In this document: piece by piece, positions 51,843-63,118 of the stretch | How the letters are laid out: each line of letters starts with the position of its first letter | Numbering within the stretch: position 1 is the stretch's first letter | Assembly: GCA_963705165.1 (NCBI GenBank) | Contig: CAVPJD010000026.1 | Span: forward strand, 33,862 to 97,861 | Reading direction: 5' to 3' | DNA length: 64,000 nucleotides | DNA from: an uncultured delta proteobacterium | GTDB lineage: Bacteria > Desulfobacterota > Syntrophia > Syntrophales > UBA2192 | Translations under genes and position numbers: made by a program | Notes under the pieces: model-generated | Database searches by the model: none | Seen by the model: the letters and a program-made list of their open reading frames with translations, nothing else | What the model was told of the DNA's origin: nothing

Positions 51843-52826
51843 CGTCAGGTACTCCACGACGTGAACCATACCGCGCACGAGCTGTGACATCTTGTCGAAG
51901 CGCAGCGTCTCGATCGTGTCTTTCTCGCCGTGATAATTGGGATTGCGGTAGAAGGCCGTGTCGGTCACCATGACGGCCCGAAAGCCCATTTTCCAGAAGG
52001 ATCCGTGATCGGACAGGCCGATGCCGGGAATGAAGGGCAGCGCCACGAGATGCTCGACGGGGAGCCCGGAGCCGGCCTTCATGGACTCGGCCACTGCAAG
52101 CGTCAGCTCGCGGGAGGACACGTTGCCCACCACCCCGATGAAGTTTCCACGATCGGGGAAAAGCCAGTGCATTCCGGGTACGGGGAAGGCCTGACTGCCC
52201 TCGTCATCATTGAAGTACCCCACCATCTCGAGAGAAATCATCCCGACAATGTTCTCGCCCCGGTTGCGGGCCTGCATGGCATAGACGTAACTGCCCATGG
52301 AGGAGGTCATGAAGGCGGGCGGTTCCTCGAGAACGAAGAAGATCAGCCTCAGGGTCTTTTCGGGCCGGTAATCCTTCAGGGCGCGGCACAGCTCGAGCAA
52401 TACGGCCACGGCACTGGCGTTGTCGTCGGCGCCGGGTGTGCCGAATACGGTATCATAATGGGCCCCGATAATGATTGTCTCTTCCCTCCGCGGGCCTCCC
52501 TCGAGGGTGACGACGATGTTGTTGTACCGATTTCCCTCGTGATCGTATCCCTGAAGTTCGAACGGGATATCCTGCTTTTCGAGAAACGTCCGGATGTATT
52601 GCTCGGCCTGACGGAGTTTTCCATATTCTCTGAGGCTTCTGGACCCGATGACAACACTCAGGGCATGCACGTGGCCGTAAAGGGCCTGTTCACTCGAAAC
52701 GGGGATGAAGCGCGGCTCCGGGTGGCTGACCGAGGCGGACATCTTGATCTTCACGATGGGATACAGCAGCGCCGCGGCCACTCCGAGCACAACGATGATC
52801 AAGGCGTAGAGCATCTTTCTTCTCAT
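51828..52826 (-). CDS. M28-family peptidase
   Basis: GAHYD, GADDNAS, EE, SDH, YH; N-terminal TM. Confidence 0.9.
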   Translation of the reverse strand: MRRKMLYALIIVVLGVAAALLYPIVKIKMSASVSHPEPRFIPVSSEQALYGHVHALSVVIGSRSLREYGKLRQAEQYIRTFLEKQDIPFELQGYDHEGNRYNNIVVTLEGGPRREETIIIGAHYDTVFGTPGADDNASAVAVLLELCRALKDYRPEKTLRLIFFVLEEPPAFMTSSMGSYVYAMQARNRGENIVGMISLEMVGYFNDDEGSQAFPVPGMHWLFPDRGNFIGVVGNVSSRELTLAVAESMKAGSGLPVEHLVALPFIPGIGLSDHGSFWKMGFRAVMVTDTAFYRNPNYHGEKDTIETLRFDKMSQLVRGMVHVVEYLTKAKG

Positions 52827-53043
52827 GGGCTGACCTTCACGTTGTTTTCAGCCTCGCCATTGTCGCACAGGCACCTGGCTATTTCAAGGCCGGACGGAAC
52901 GTATGCGCGGAGCGCCACGCTCCTGATCCCGATCTGCTCCAGGAACGAAAATTATCCGTTTCCGTCGCAGCTCTGATCTGCTATAATTCAGTATCGACCC
53001 ACAGATCATAAAATCTCTTCAATCTTCAAAAAGGAGTGACCCG

Positions 53044-53568
53044 ATGAAAAAGGAAGAGCGCCTGAATGCCCTCGAGGTGGCCCTGACCAATGAGATGAGA
53101 GAGCGGGAGTTCTACCTCAAGTGCGCCGAGCGTTGCCGAAACAAACTCGGCAAATCGATGTTCAAGCAGATTGCCGATGACGAGCTCGAGCATTACGAAC
53201 GACTCAAGGAGATTCACGCCCGCTGGAAAGCACAGCAGATGTGGCCCGAATCGCTTCCCGTAAAAGTCAAGGGAACCGCCGTGAAAGACATCCTGAAGGA
53301 CTTCCTCCTGAAGGCGGAAGCGTCGGCCCCCGGGAACGACGACGACCTGAAAGCCGTCCGGACCGCTCTGGATTTTGAAGCGAAAGGCGAGATATTCTAT
53401 GCCCAGCTCCGTGACGCATCAGCGGACCCGAAGGAGAAGGCCTTCTTCGAGATCCTCTCGAAAATGGAGCGGCAGCATTACCTCTCGCTGAAGGACACGG
53501 AAGACTATTTTGCAGACCCCGAAGGCTGGTTCAGGAAAAAGGAACATCACGGAGTTGACGGGGCATAA
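53044..53568 (+). CDS. ferritin-like (rubrerythrin-type) protein
   Basis: two E..FY / ExxH diiron repeats; AAGGAG RBS. Confidence 0.85.
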   Translation: MKKEERLNALEVALTNEMREREFYLKCAERCRNKLGKSMFKQIADDELEHYERLKEIHARWKAQQMWPESLPVKVKGTAVKDILKDFLLKAEASAPGNDDDLKAVRTALDFEAKGEIFYAQLRDASADPKEKAFFEILSKMERQHYLSLKDTEDYFADPEGWFRKKEHHGVDGA

Positions 53569-53606
53569 GTGGGAGGTTCACAGGGGTGAATGATCCCTTC
53601 CTCCCG

Positions 53607-54875
53607 CTATTTCCAGCTCCGTTCGTCTACGATGAGCTTATAGCCCTCAGCGAGGCTGCCCGTCGGGACCTCCTCGATGCGGTCGATGCGGACCGTGCAG
53701 ATCTCGGCAAAATGTTTCTCGAACGAGGCAAGGGGATCCTTGCCTCGTTTCGTTTCCGGTGCGTCGATGCGGACGGTGAGGACATCCCGGTTTTCCAAAC
53801 GGTTCACGACGATCTGAAATTTCCAATCGGGGAAGCGCTCGCCGACTTTTTTCAACTGGCTGGGCGCAACGAACATGCCCCTCACCTTGACGGCCTCCCC
53901 TACCCTTCCGGCCACCCCTGAGAGCCGCAACGATGTCCTCCCGCAGGGGCAGCGCTCCAGGATCAGCCTGGAGAGATCGCCCGTCCCGAAGCGGAATAGA
54001 AAAAAGATGTCGTTCGGCCTCGTGACAACGACCTCACCCAGCTCTCCCGGCGGCACGTCGAGACCCGTCTCGGGATCGAGGATCTCAACGACAACGTCCT
54101 CGCAGATGTGCCAGCCGTTTTTCTCCCGGCACTCGTAGGCCACGTCGCCCACCTCGGTGGCCCCGTACATCTGGTAGGTGTCGATCCCGTACTTTTTCTC
54201 GAACTCCTCCCTCAGGGCCGGATGAAGGGGCTCCGCCGCAAAGGAGGCCTTGCGCACAAGGAACTCCTTTTTGAAGTCATGACCCGTCTCCGCGGCCTTT
54301 TCGATAATCGCCTTGAGGAAACTCGGCGTCCCCGTGTATCCCGTCACCTTGAGATCCCGGATGAGTTGGACCTGGATAGCCGTTCCCGACGCACCCGACG
54401 GGACAACCGTCGCCCCGACACGCCTGAGTCCGCTGTGGAATGTTAACCCTGCCGCCACGAGATGGTACGAGAATGCATTCAGGACCACGTCCCCCGGACC
54501 GAACCCCGCCGCACGATAGGCCCTGGCCCAGATAGGGTCCGACTCGGAGAGGTGCGGCTCATAGACAGGCCCCGGCGAGGTGAAGATCCGGTCGATTTGG
54601 GCATCGGGGTTACTCAGCCCGGCATAGGGCGGGTCGTCGATCTGCATCTGGACGAGCTTTTCCCGCGAGATGACGGGAAGCCGCTTCAACAGATCGAAGG
54701 CATTTTTCTTTGTCGGCTTGAGCCCGATCGACTCAAGCTGGCTGCGAAGGACCGGCGATTTCTTCACGGCCAACCGCATCATGGCCGCCAGTTCCCCCGC
54801 CTGATCATTTCGGCGTTCCTCGATGCTGCGGATTTCTTTACTATCGAAATATGGCGACCTTCTTTTCTTCACCAT
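53607..54875 (-). CDS. phenylacetate-CoA ligase family protein
   Basis: FTSPGPVYEP, GTPSFL, YGATE, RFGTGDLS, KVRGMFV. Confidence 0.82.
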   Translation of the reverse strand: MVKKRRSPYFDSKEIRSIEERRNDQAGELAAMMRLAVKKSPVLRSQLESIGLKPTKKNAFDLLKRLPVISREKLVQMQIDDPPYAGLSNPDAQIDRIFTSPGPVYEPHLSESDPIWARAYRAAGFGPGDVVLNAFSYHLVAAGLTFHSGLRRVGATVVPSGASGTAIQVQLIRDLKVTGYTGTPSFLKAIIEKAAETGHDFKKEFLVRKASFAAEPLHPALREEFEKKYGIDTYQMYGATEVGDVAYECREKNGWHICEDVVVEILDPETGLDVPPGELGEVVVTRPNDIFFLFRFGTGDLSRLILERCPCGRTSLRLSGVAGRVGEAVKVRGMFVAPSQLKKVGERFPDWKFQIVVNRLENRDVLTVRIDAPETKRGKDPLASFEKHFAEICTVRIDRIEEVPTGSLAEGYKLIVDERSWK

Positions 54876-54964
54876 CGTCCAGGCCTCCCTGCCCCGCTTT
54901 TATCTTCTGATTCTTTCGCTGGTCACTTGTATGTTATCTAGCACTTGTTCATGAGTTCATATAA

Positions 54965-55126
54965 GCAGCACTTAATGATAAAGAAGGAGAGTGCTGCGGT
55001 CGTGGCAGGCCGACCGTCACTTGGGTGAACCCCGGTGACCAGCAGGGTCGCCACGACCGATGCCCCTCAGACCCGAACAGCTGTCAGGGACCTCTTGGAG
55101 GATCCCGCATCACTCGCAAGAACGGG
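54965..55126 (+). ncRNA. predicted bridge RNA of the IS110 element
   Basis: 5' stem GCAGCACT/AGTGCTGC; target loop closed by CGGTCGTGGC/GCCACGACCG; donor loop closed by CCCG/CGGG; loops match flanks and ends; RNA ends approximate. Confidence 0.8.
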
Positions 55127-55130
55127 ATAA

Positions 55131-56084
<954 letters not shown>

Positions 56085-56121
56085 AAAACAAAACTTGAAA
56101 CACAGCTGCTGGTCACTGTCT

Positions 56122-56925
56122 TTAGAGCCATCGCTTACGACGTTTGTACGCCTTCACATCCCTGTACGACTTCGCCGTCCCCGCAGCCCCCATGCCCAGG
56201 TAGAACTCCTTGACGTCAGGGTTCTCACGCAGTTCCTCGGCACGGCCCTCCATGACGATCTTTCCGTTCTCCATGACGTAGCCGTATGTAGCGATCTGCA
56301 GGGCCATATTGGCATTCTGCTCCACGAGGACGATCGTCGTGCCGTCCTCCCGGTTGATCCGTTCAATGATCTGGAAGATCTCCCGGACGATGAGAGGCGC
56401 AAGCCCCAGTGACGGCTCATCGAGCAGCAGAAGCTTCGGGTGGGCCATGAGGGCGCGACCGATGACGAGCATCTGCATCTCACCGCCGCTGCAGTACCCG
56501 GCAAGAGTCTTTCGGCGTTTCGTGAGGGCCGGAAAGTAGTGATAGACCTTATCGAGGTCCTGCCTGTAGGGCTTTCCCCAGCGCGTTGCCGTCCCCACCC
56601 GGAGGTTCTCCTCGATGGTGAGGTACTTGAAGGGCTGACGGCCTTCGAGGACCTGAATGATCCCGGCCCTCGTGATCGTTTCGGGCGAATGGTTGTGGAT
56701 CGGTTTTCCGTCGAACAGGACGCTCCCTTCGGTGACCTCGCCGTTTTCCGGTTTGAGAAGCCCCGATATGGCCTTCAGGGTCGTCGTCTTGCCGGCACCG
56801 TTGCTCCCGAGCAGCGAGACGACCTGCCCGGGCTCCACGGTAAGCGATACCCCCTTGAGTACCTGGATCACGTCGGAATAGATGACGCTGATGTTGTTGA
56901 TCACAAGCAGCTTGTTCTCACCCAT
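56122..56925 (-). CDS. ABC transporter ATPase (LivF-like)
   Basis: GSNGAGKTT, SGGEMQM, LLDEPSLGLAP, VEQN. Confidence 0.92.
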   Translation of the reverse strand: MGENKLLVINNISVIYSDVIQVLKGVSLTVEPGQVVSLLGSNGAGKTTTLKAISGLLKPENGEVTEGSVLFDGKPIHNHSPETITRAGIIQVLEGRQPFKYLTIEENLRVGTATRWGKPYRQDLDKVYHYFPALTKRRKTLAGYCSGGEMQMLVIGRALMAHPKLLLLDEPSLGLAPLIVREIFQIIERINREDGTTIVLVEQNANMALQIATYGYVMENGKIVMEGRAEELRENPDVKEFYLGMGAAGTAKSYRDVKAYKRRKRWL

Positions 56926-56934
56926 GTTTCCAAA

Positions 56935-56975
56935 TCCTGTTCCTGTCCCTATACCCTCTACCCTTGACCCTGCTT
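56935..56975. repeat. degenerate 6-7 nt tandem repeat in an intergenic gap
   Basis: atcctgt tcctgt ccctat accctct acccttg accctgc. Confidence 0.5.
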
Positions 56976-58046
56976 CTAATAGGAGAACGGCCAGAGCTTG
57001 AAGTTCGAGCGGATAATTCTCCACACTTCCGCAAGCCCCCTGGGCTCGAATAAAATAAAGAGGACAATGGCCAGACCGAAGACAAACTCCCTCAGCGGCG
57101 CCATCGTCAGCTCCACCCCGGCCAGTCCCCCCATGTTCATGATCGTGTCCGTGACCCAGCGGAGGCCCTCGTTGAGCAGCGTGATAAAAACGGTGCCAAA
57201 GATGGCCCCGGGGATGCTCCCCAGACCCCCGATAATGATCATGGCGATATATTCTACGGATAACCCCAGCGTGAAAGGCTCCGCCGTGATGCTGATCATG
57301 TAGTAGCCCCAGAGAGCCCCGGCGACGCCGGCATAAAAGGAACTCACTGCGAAGGAAAGGAGCTTGTACCGGAAGATGGGGATCCCCATCCCTTCGGCTG
57401 CCCGGTCGTTGTCGCGTATCGCCACAAAGGCCCTCCCGTAGCGCGTGCGCATGAGGTTCACGGCACCGAAGACCATGACGACCGCCGTCGCATAGATCAC
57501 ATAGAAAAAGCTCAGGTCCCCCGCAATCGCAACCCCGAAGAGCGACGGGGCGGGAAGCGTGAGCCCCATGGTCCCGCCGGTCACGCTTTCCCAGTGGACG
57601 AGCACGTATTCAATGATGAACTGTCCGGCCAGTGTCGCAATGGTCAGGTAGAGTCCCTTCAAGCGTCCCGAGGGAATCCCGAAGATCATGCCGACGACGG
57701 CCGTGACGAGCCCCGCCAGAGGAACCACCGCAAGAAAAGGAATGCCGTACGTCACGGCGAGAATGCCCGCCGAGTATGCGCCGACCCCGAAGAAGGCGCC
57801 ATGGCCCAGGGAGATCAGTCCCGTGGAGCCCACGAGGATATTGAGCCCGATGGCTGCGATGGCCGAGATCCCGATGAGGTTCACTACGTAGAGCAGATAA
57901 GGGGTGGTGACCCACGGCACGACGGCAAAGAGGACGACGATCCCCACTGCAGCCCAGAGTCTCCCGAAGTCCGTCTCGAAGACGTTCAGCTCCTCGCGGT
58001 ATTGAACCTTGAAATTCCCGCAGGGACGAAACCGAAGGGTTTTCAT
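56976..58046 (-). CDS. ABC transporter permease (LivM-like)
   Basis: GLISLGHGAFFGVGAY, YLTIATL, GRAFVAIRDN. Confidence 0.92.
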   Translation of the reverse strand: MKTLRFRPCGNFKVQYREELNVFETDFGRLWAAVGIVVLFAVVPWVTTPYLLYVVNLIGISAIAAIGLNILVGSTGLISLGHGAFFGVGAYSAGILAVTYGIPFLAVVPLAGLVTAVVGMIFGIPSGRLKGLYLTIATLAGQFIIEYVLVHWESVTGGTMGLTLPAPSLFGVAIAGDLSFFYVIYATAVVMVFGAVNLMRTRYGRAFVAIRDNDRAAEGMGIPIFRYKLLSFAVSSFYAGVAGALWGYYMISITAEPFTLGLSVEYIAMIIIGGLGSIPGAIFGTVFITLLNEGLRWVTDTIMNMGGLAGVELTMAPLREFVFGLAIVLFILFEPRGLAEVWRIIRSNFKLWPFSY

Positions 58047-58062
58047 GTCGACAGATTCCTTT

Positions 58063-58941
58063 TCAAACGCGTTCAATTTCAGCAAGCCCGAACAGCCCGT
58101 ACGGTTTCACCAGCAGGATGAATACCAGAGCGATATACGGTACGACGTCGCGCAGCGAAGGCGAGATATACCCGCCTGTGAACGTCTCCAGCAGGCCGAT
58201 GATGAGTCCCCCGATGATGGCCCCGCCGATCGAGTCAAGGCCCCCCAGGATGACGACAGGAAAGACCTTCAGCCCCACGGAGGAGAGCTCGTGTACCGTG
58301 ATGCCGTTGATGATCCCCAGCACGATTCCGCTGATCCCCGCAACCATCGCCGCGATGGCCCAGGAAAGCGCAAATACCCGCCGTACGTGCACACCCAGGG
58401 AAAGCGCCGCCGTCTGATTATCCGCCACGGAGCGCATGTAGATGCCCTGGGAGGAGAACTTGAAGAAGAGACCGAACATGAGCAGAAACAGGCTCCCGAT
58501 GATGACGGCCGCCACGTAAACGGGCGGCACCTGGACGATGCCCCAGCTGATGCCCAGCCCCTCGGGCAGGAAGTCCGGGTAGGTGTAGAGGTTTCCGCCC
58601 CAGACGAGCAGCATCCCGCCCTTGAACATGGCGGCAAGCCCCACGGTGAGCATGATCACGTAAATCAGCGGCTCGCCGATGAGCGGCCGCAGGAAGATAC
58701 GCTCGATGACAAAGCCCAGGACGAAAGACCCCGCCAGGGTCACGAGAAATCCCAGCCAGATGGGAAGCTGCGCCCAGGTCACGAGCGCCAGGAACAGGAA
58801 GGCGCCGAAGGCCAGGACCTCGCCATGGGCAAAGTTGAGCACGCTCGAGGACTTGAAGATCATGACAAAGCCCATGGCGGAAAGGCCGTAGAGAAAGCCG
58901 ATGCTGATCCCGTTGATGAGAAGCTGTATGAAGAAATCCAT
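58063..58941 (-). CDS. ABC transporter permease (LivH-like)
   Basis: LNFAHGE, MRSVADN, VILGGLDS, KPYGLFG. Confidence 0.92.
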   Translation of the reverse strand: MDFFIQLLINGISIGFLYGLSAMGFVMIFKSSSVLNFAHGEVLAFGAFLFLALVTWAQLPIWLGFLVTLAGSFVLGFVIERIFLRPLIGEPLIYVIMLTVGLAAMFKGGMLLVWGGNLYTYPDFLPEGLGISWGIVQVPPVYVAAVIIGSLFLLMFGLFFKFSSQGIYMRSVADNQTAALSLGVHVRRVFALSWAIAAMVAGISGIVLGIINGITVHELSSVGLKVFPVVILGGLDSIGGAIIGGLIIGLLETFTGGYISPSLRDVVPYIALVFILLVKPYGLFGLAEIERV

Positions 58942-58951
58942 GCGTCTCTCC

Positions 58952-60929
58952 TTATTGCACGTCGATGATTCGAACCGTTGTCTCTATTTTTCCCACCTGT
59001 CCGTCGCGGTAGCGGACGGTGCTCTTGACCTCCAGCTCCTTGAGGTTGCGGTACATGGCGTCTATCAGGTTGAGGTAAAGGCCATAAACGAAACGCCGCC
59101 GGACCTTCCCGGTTCTCGTCAGTTCCTCGTCATCGGCATCGAGAAGTTTGTAGAGAAGAATGAACTTGCGGATCTTCATGTAATCGGGAAGCCGTTCGTT
59201 CACGGCACGGATCTCCCCCAGGACGAGCTCTTCCACCTTCGGCTGCTGCGAGAGGTCCGTATAGGTCGTGTAGGGGATCATCCTCTCCTCGGCCCAGTTG
59301 CCCACGTTGCCCATGTCGATGTTGATGAAGGACGTGATGTAGGGCCTGCCCTCGCCGAAGGTGACCGCTTCCTTGATATAGGGGCTGAACTTGAGCCGCG
59401 TCTCGATGAAGTCGGGCGAGAAGGCCGCCCCGGTCTTGTTCCGGATGATCTCCTCCTTGCGGCCGATGATGACGAGGTGGCCGTCGGGGTCCAGGTACCC
59501 GGCGTCTCCCGTTCGCAGCCAGCCGTCCCGGAAGGCATCCTCGGTGGCCTTGTAGTCGTTGTAATAGCCCGCGAAGTTCGAAGGGCTCTTCACCAGGACC
59601 TCCTGGTCTTCGGCGATCTTGACCTCCGTCTCCAGGAGGGCCTTCCCTACCGTCTCGGGCTTCACCTCGTCGTCGGGCTGCACCTGGAATATGCCGCCCG
59701 CCTCGGTGAGGCCGTAGCACTGCTTCAGGTTGAGACCGCAGGCCCGGAAGAAGCGGATGACCTCGGGGCTGATCGGGTGCCCTCCCGTGTAGGCGCTCTT
59801 CATGCCCAGACAGCCCACGCGGTCCATGAGAGGCCGAAAGACCATCGCCTCGGCGGCGTGTCTCATCGCGCGAAGCCCCGGCGAAAGGGGTTCTTTCTTC
59901 GCCTCCCGGTCCACGGCCTTCTGGCCGATCCGCTCGGCCAGACCGAACAGCTTGCGCTTCACCAAACCCGAATCGGCCATCTTGACCCGGATCTTCGAGG
60001 CCAGGTCTTCCCAGAACCTCGAAGAGGAGACGATGATCTCGGGCCCGATCTCCCGGAAATCCGTTTCGATCGTTTCCGCCGTTTCGGGGAAATTCATCGT
60101 GAGCCCGCCGGTGAGCGTGATGCCCGCGCCCCAGACCTGATCGACGATCCAGGCCGGCGGCGTGATGGAGAGCCAGTTGGAGCCGATGCCGACAGGCGCC
60201 TCGACAAGCCACTTGCGCGCCATGGCCGTGAAATTGCGATGGGTGAGCATGGCGAGTTTCGGCAGCCCCGTCGTCCCCGAGGTCTGGATCATGACGGCCA
60301 CGTCATCGGGGCGCCCCCGCCAGAGCTCCGAGGGAAAGAGCTGCGGCTTCTCCCGTTCCAGTCTCGTCGCCCCGCTCGAGAAGCTCCCGGAAGCTCAGGA
60401 GCCAGGGGTCGTTGCGGTACGTGCGCATCCCCGTGGGGTCCACGTAGACGACGGATTTGACGAACCCCAGCCTCGAGCGGGTCTCGATCAGCTTGTCGAC
60501 CTGCTCCTGGTCCTGGGCGACGACCACGGTGGCCTGGAAGCGCTTCATGGCCTCGGCCAGTTCGTCGGCGACGGATGAGGTGAAGAGGTTCACCGTGACA
60601 CCGCCCACGGCCTGGGCGCCCAGCTCGCAGAACAGCCACTCGGGGTTATTGTTCGTCACGATGGCGACGTTTTCCCTGCGCCGGATCCCGAGGCTGAGAA
60701 GACCCAGTGCCGTGCGCCTGACGTAGCTGAAATAATCCTCCCAGTTGTACGTCTGCCAGATCCCGTAAGCCTTCTCGCGGATCGCCGTGTTCCCGGCCCC
60801 CAAACGCTTTGCCTGTTCGCCCAGGATCTGCGGCAGGGTATACTTGCCGTAGGCATCCAGTGTCGCGTCATCGAGTCTTGCCGGCCGGCCGTTGCCGCTC
60901 ACGCGCTCTCTGATCTGCGGGCCCGTCAT
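58952..60929 (-). pseudogene. long-chain-acyl-CoA-synthetase-like AMP-binding protein split by a +1 insertion near 60362 (pseudogene or sequencing error)
   Basis: ORF 60303..60929 and ORF 58952..60301 (TSGTTGLPK, YGLTE, TGDAG) fuse in frame if one base of GAC-GAG-A-CTG is removed. Confidence 0.8.
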
Positions 60930-61786
60930 CGGCCACCTCCTGATTGGCCTGCGTCCGCGGTCTCCTCCACCCGATCGCCCAGATAGGCCCGGATGACATC
61001 GGGGTTTCCCTGGATCTCCCCGGGGGTGCCCTCGGCGAGCTTCTCCCCGAAGTTGAGAACCATGATCCGTTCGGAGATGCTCATGACGATCGACATGTCG
61101 TGCTCCACGAGGATCATCGTCTGGCCCCAGGACTCGGAGAGCTCCATGAGAAACCGCACCATGTCCTCCTTCTCCTCCAGGTTCATCCCGGCGAAGGGTT
61201 CGTCGAGAACGAGAAGCTTCGGCTCCAGGGCAAGCGCCCGGCCCAGCTCGACGCGCTTGCGCATTCCGTAGGGAAGCGAGCCCACGAGCTTCTTGCGGAT
61301 CGACTGGATCTCCAGAAAATCGATGATCTCCTCGATGAGACGGCGTTGGCGGATTTCTTCGCTTTTCGCTTTCCCCGAGAACAGGGCCGCCGCGGCAAGA
61401 CCGTAGCGGCAGTGAAGGTGACGGGCCAGCAGCAGGTTCGCCAGGACCGTCATCCCCGGAAAGAGCTCGATGTTCTGGAACGTCCTGCCGATGCCGTGCT
61501 CGATGTGCCGGTGCGCCGGGAGGTTCGAGATATCCTTCCCGTTGAATTGAATCCTCCCTTCCTGCGCCTTGTAGTAGCCCGTGATGCAGTTCAGCAGGCT
61601 CGTCTTCCCCGCGCCGTTGGGCCCGATGACGGAGACGAGCTCGCCCGTCGAAACCTTCAGGTCCACGTTTCCGACTGCCGTGATGCCCCCGAATCGCAGC
61701 GTCAGGCGCTCCACGACGAGCTCCGCTTTGCGGTCTTCCGGTTTCCTTCCGGCAAAGATGGACGGTTCCCCCCGATAGGACTTCAT
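60926..61786 (-). CDS. ABC transporter ATPase (LivG-like)
   Basis: GPNGAGKTS, RTFQN, LPYG, LDEP, VEHDM, AYLG. Confidence 0.92.
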   Translation of the reverse strand: MKSYRGEPSIFAGRKPEDRKAELVVERLTLRFGGITAVGNVDLKVSTGELVSVIGPNGAGKTSLLNCITGYYKAQEGRIQFNGKDISNLPAHRHIEHGIGRTFQNIELFPGMTVLANLLLARHLHCRYGLAAAALFSGKAKSEEIRQRRLIEEIIDFLEIQSIRKKLVGSLPYGMRKRVELGRALALEPKLLVLDEPFAGMNLEEKEDMVRFLMELSESWGQTMILVEHDMSIVMSISERIMVLNFGEKLAEGTPGEIQGNPDVIRAYLGDRVEETADAGQSGGGR

Positions 61787-61796
61787 GTCGCAGCTC

Positions 61797-63002
61797 CTAC
61801 TTCAGGTGGCGGATTTTTTCTTTTCCCGGCGTGTAGAAGTCCGTCAGCGGCTTGAAGGTGCCGTCTTCCCGGACCTGTACGATCCGGCCCCGGAAGGATC
61901 CTTCGTGGTTGGTCTTCGTGTAGGTGACGGGGGGAACGATCCCGCCGAAATCCTCGTTCGCGAAAGACTCCATGGCCATGTTGATCGTCTCGCGATCCAC
62001 CTTGCCGTATTTCTCCTGCGCCCTCAGGGCGGCGCGCTCCATGATCATCGCCACGACGACCCCTTCCCAGTAAGCGGCGTCGAAGCGGCTCACGGTCTTG
62101 TATTTCGTCCAGAGCGTTTTCAGCGTCTCGACGCCGGCGCCCTTGTCGCCGGGCAGCCCGCCGGGGAACTGCATCTTCAGGCGGTCACGGATGATTCCCT
62201 TTCCCAGCTTGAAGAAGTCGGGATCGGTGGAGGTCCAGGTGCCGAAGAACTGCGGGTCGTACTGGATGCGGTCGGCGCTCTTGAAGGCCGTGACGATCGT
62301 CGACGGGAGCATCTGCATGAAGACATATTCGGCACCGCTCTTCTTCAGGCGAAGCAGCTCCGTCGTGAGGTCCACGGTCTTCGGGGGGAATTCCTCGATG
62401 GCAACGATGTTGACGTTGTTTGCCCTCGCGTATTCCTGGCTCGGCTTGTGGATGGAGCGCCCGTAGGCGTTGTTGTAGGTGAGAAGGCCGACCCTGGGGG
62501 GCTCTTTGCCCTTGTGGATGGACTTGATGTACTCGAGGACGGCTTCACAGTCCAGTCGGTAGCTCCCGAAAGGCAGATACATGTAGGCCACGGGCTTTTC
62601 CAGAAGCTCCCAGCTCGTCGAGTAATTGATCGTGGGGATCTTGTAGCCCTGGATGATGGGTTTTGCCGCAAGCCCCTCGCCTGCGCCCCAGGTGGCGATC
62701 ATGTCGACCTTGTCCTGGATGGCGAATTTCTTGACGGCCGCAACGGCCTCGGGCACCTTGTAGCCCGTGTCGACGAGGATCAGTTCGATCGGCCGGCCCT
62801 TGATGCCGCCTTTGACCTCGTTGACGTACCGGAGATAATCCTGCGTACCCTTGGCATGATACTGCCCCCACGTGGAGGCAGGCCCCGTCAGATTGATGGC
62901 TGCCCCGATCTTGATCGGTGCAGCCGCCCCGGCCGCCGCGGGAAGCGACAGGATCCCGATCATCAGAATCCCCGCGATTCCCTTCAGGATGAAATGATGC
63001 AT
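61797..63002 (-). CDS. ABC transporter substrate-binding protein (LivJ/PBP1-like)
   Basis: signal peptide, IKIG..LTGP, GGIKGRPIE..DTGY; ATG at 63002 after AAGGAGG. Confidence 0.9.
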   Translation of the reverse strand: MHHFILKGIAGILMIGILSLPAAAGAAAPIKIGAAINLTGPASTWGQYHAKGTQDYLRYVNEVKGGIKGRPIELILVDTGYKVPEAVAAVKKFAIQDKVDMIATWGAGEGLAAKPIIQGYKIPTINYSTSWELLEKPVAYMYLPFGSYRLDCEAVLEYIKSIHKGKEPPRVGLLTYNNAYGRSIHKPSQEYARANNVNIVAIEEFPPKTVDLTTELLRLKKSGAEYVFMQMLPSTIVTAFKSADRIQYDPQFFGTWTSTDPDFFKLGKGIIRDRLKMQFPGGLPGDKGAGVETLKTLWTKYKTVSRFDAAYWEGVVVAMIMERAALRAQEKYGKVDRETINMAMESFANEDFGGIVPPVTYTKTNHEGSFRGRIVQVREDGTFKPLTDFYTPGKEKIRHLK

Positions 63003-63022
63003 CGTGCTTTCCTCCTTTAAAT

Positions 63023-63048
63023 AAAAAAAGGCCGTGATCGTCACGGCC
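63023..63048 (-). terminator. second attenuator terminator immediately upstream of the RBS
   Basis: GGCCGTGA-CGA-TCACGGCC followed by T7 on the minus strand. Confidence 0.85.
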
Positions 63049-63059
63049 TCCGGATACAG

Positions 63060-63092
63060 AAAAGCCGTGGGCAGCTCAGGTCTGCCCACGGC
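63060..63092 (-). terminator. first attenuator hairpin (3:4)
   Basis: GCCGTGGGCAG-ACCTGAG-CTGCCCACGGC followed by TTTTCT on the minus strand. Confidence 0.8.
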
Positions 63093-63118
63093 CCTGGTTG
63101 CTTATTTACAATCGGGCG

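Noticed and set aside
60303..60305. TGA as a selenocysteine codon in the acyl-CoA synthetase
   Set aside because: The downstream homology is in a different frame, so this is a frameshift, not read-through.
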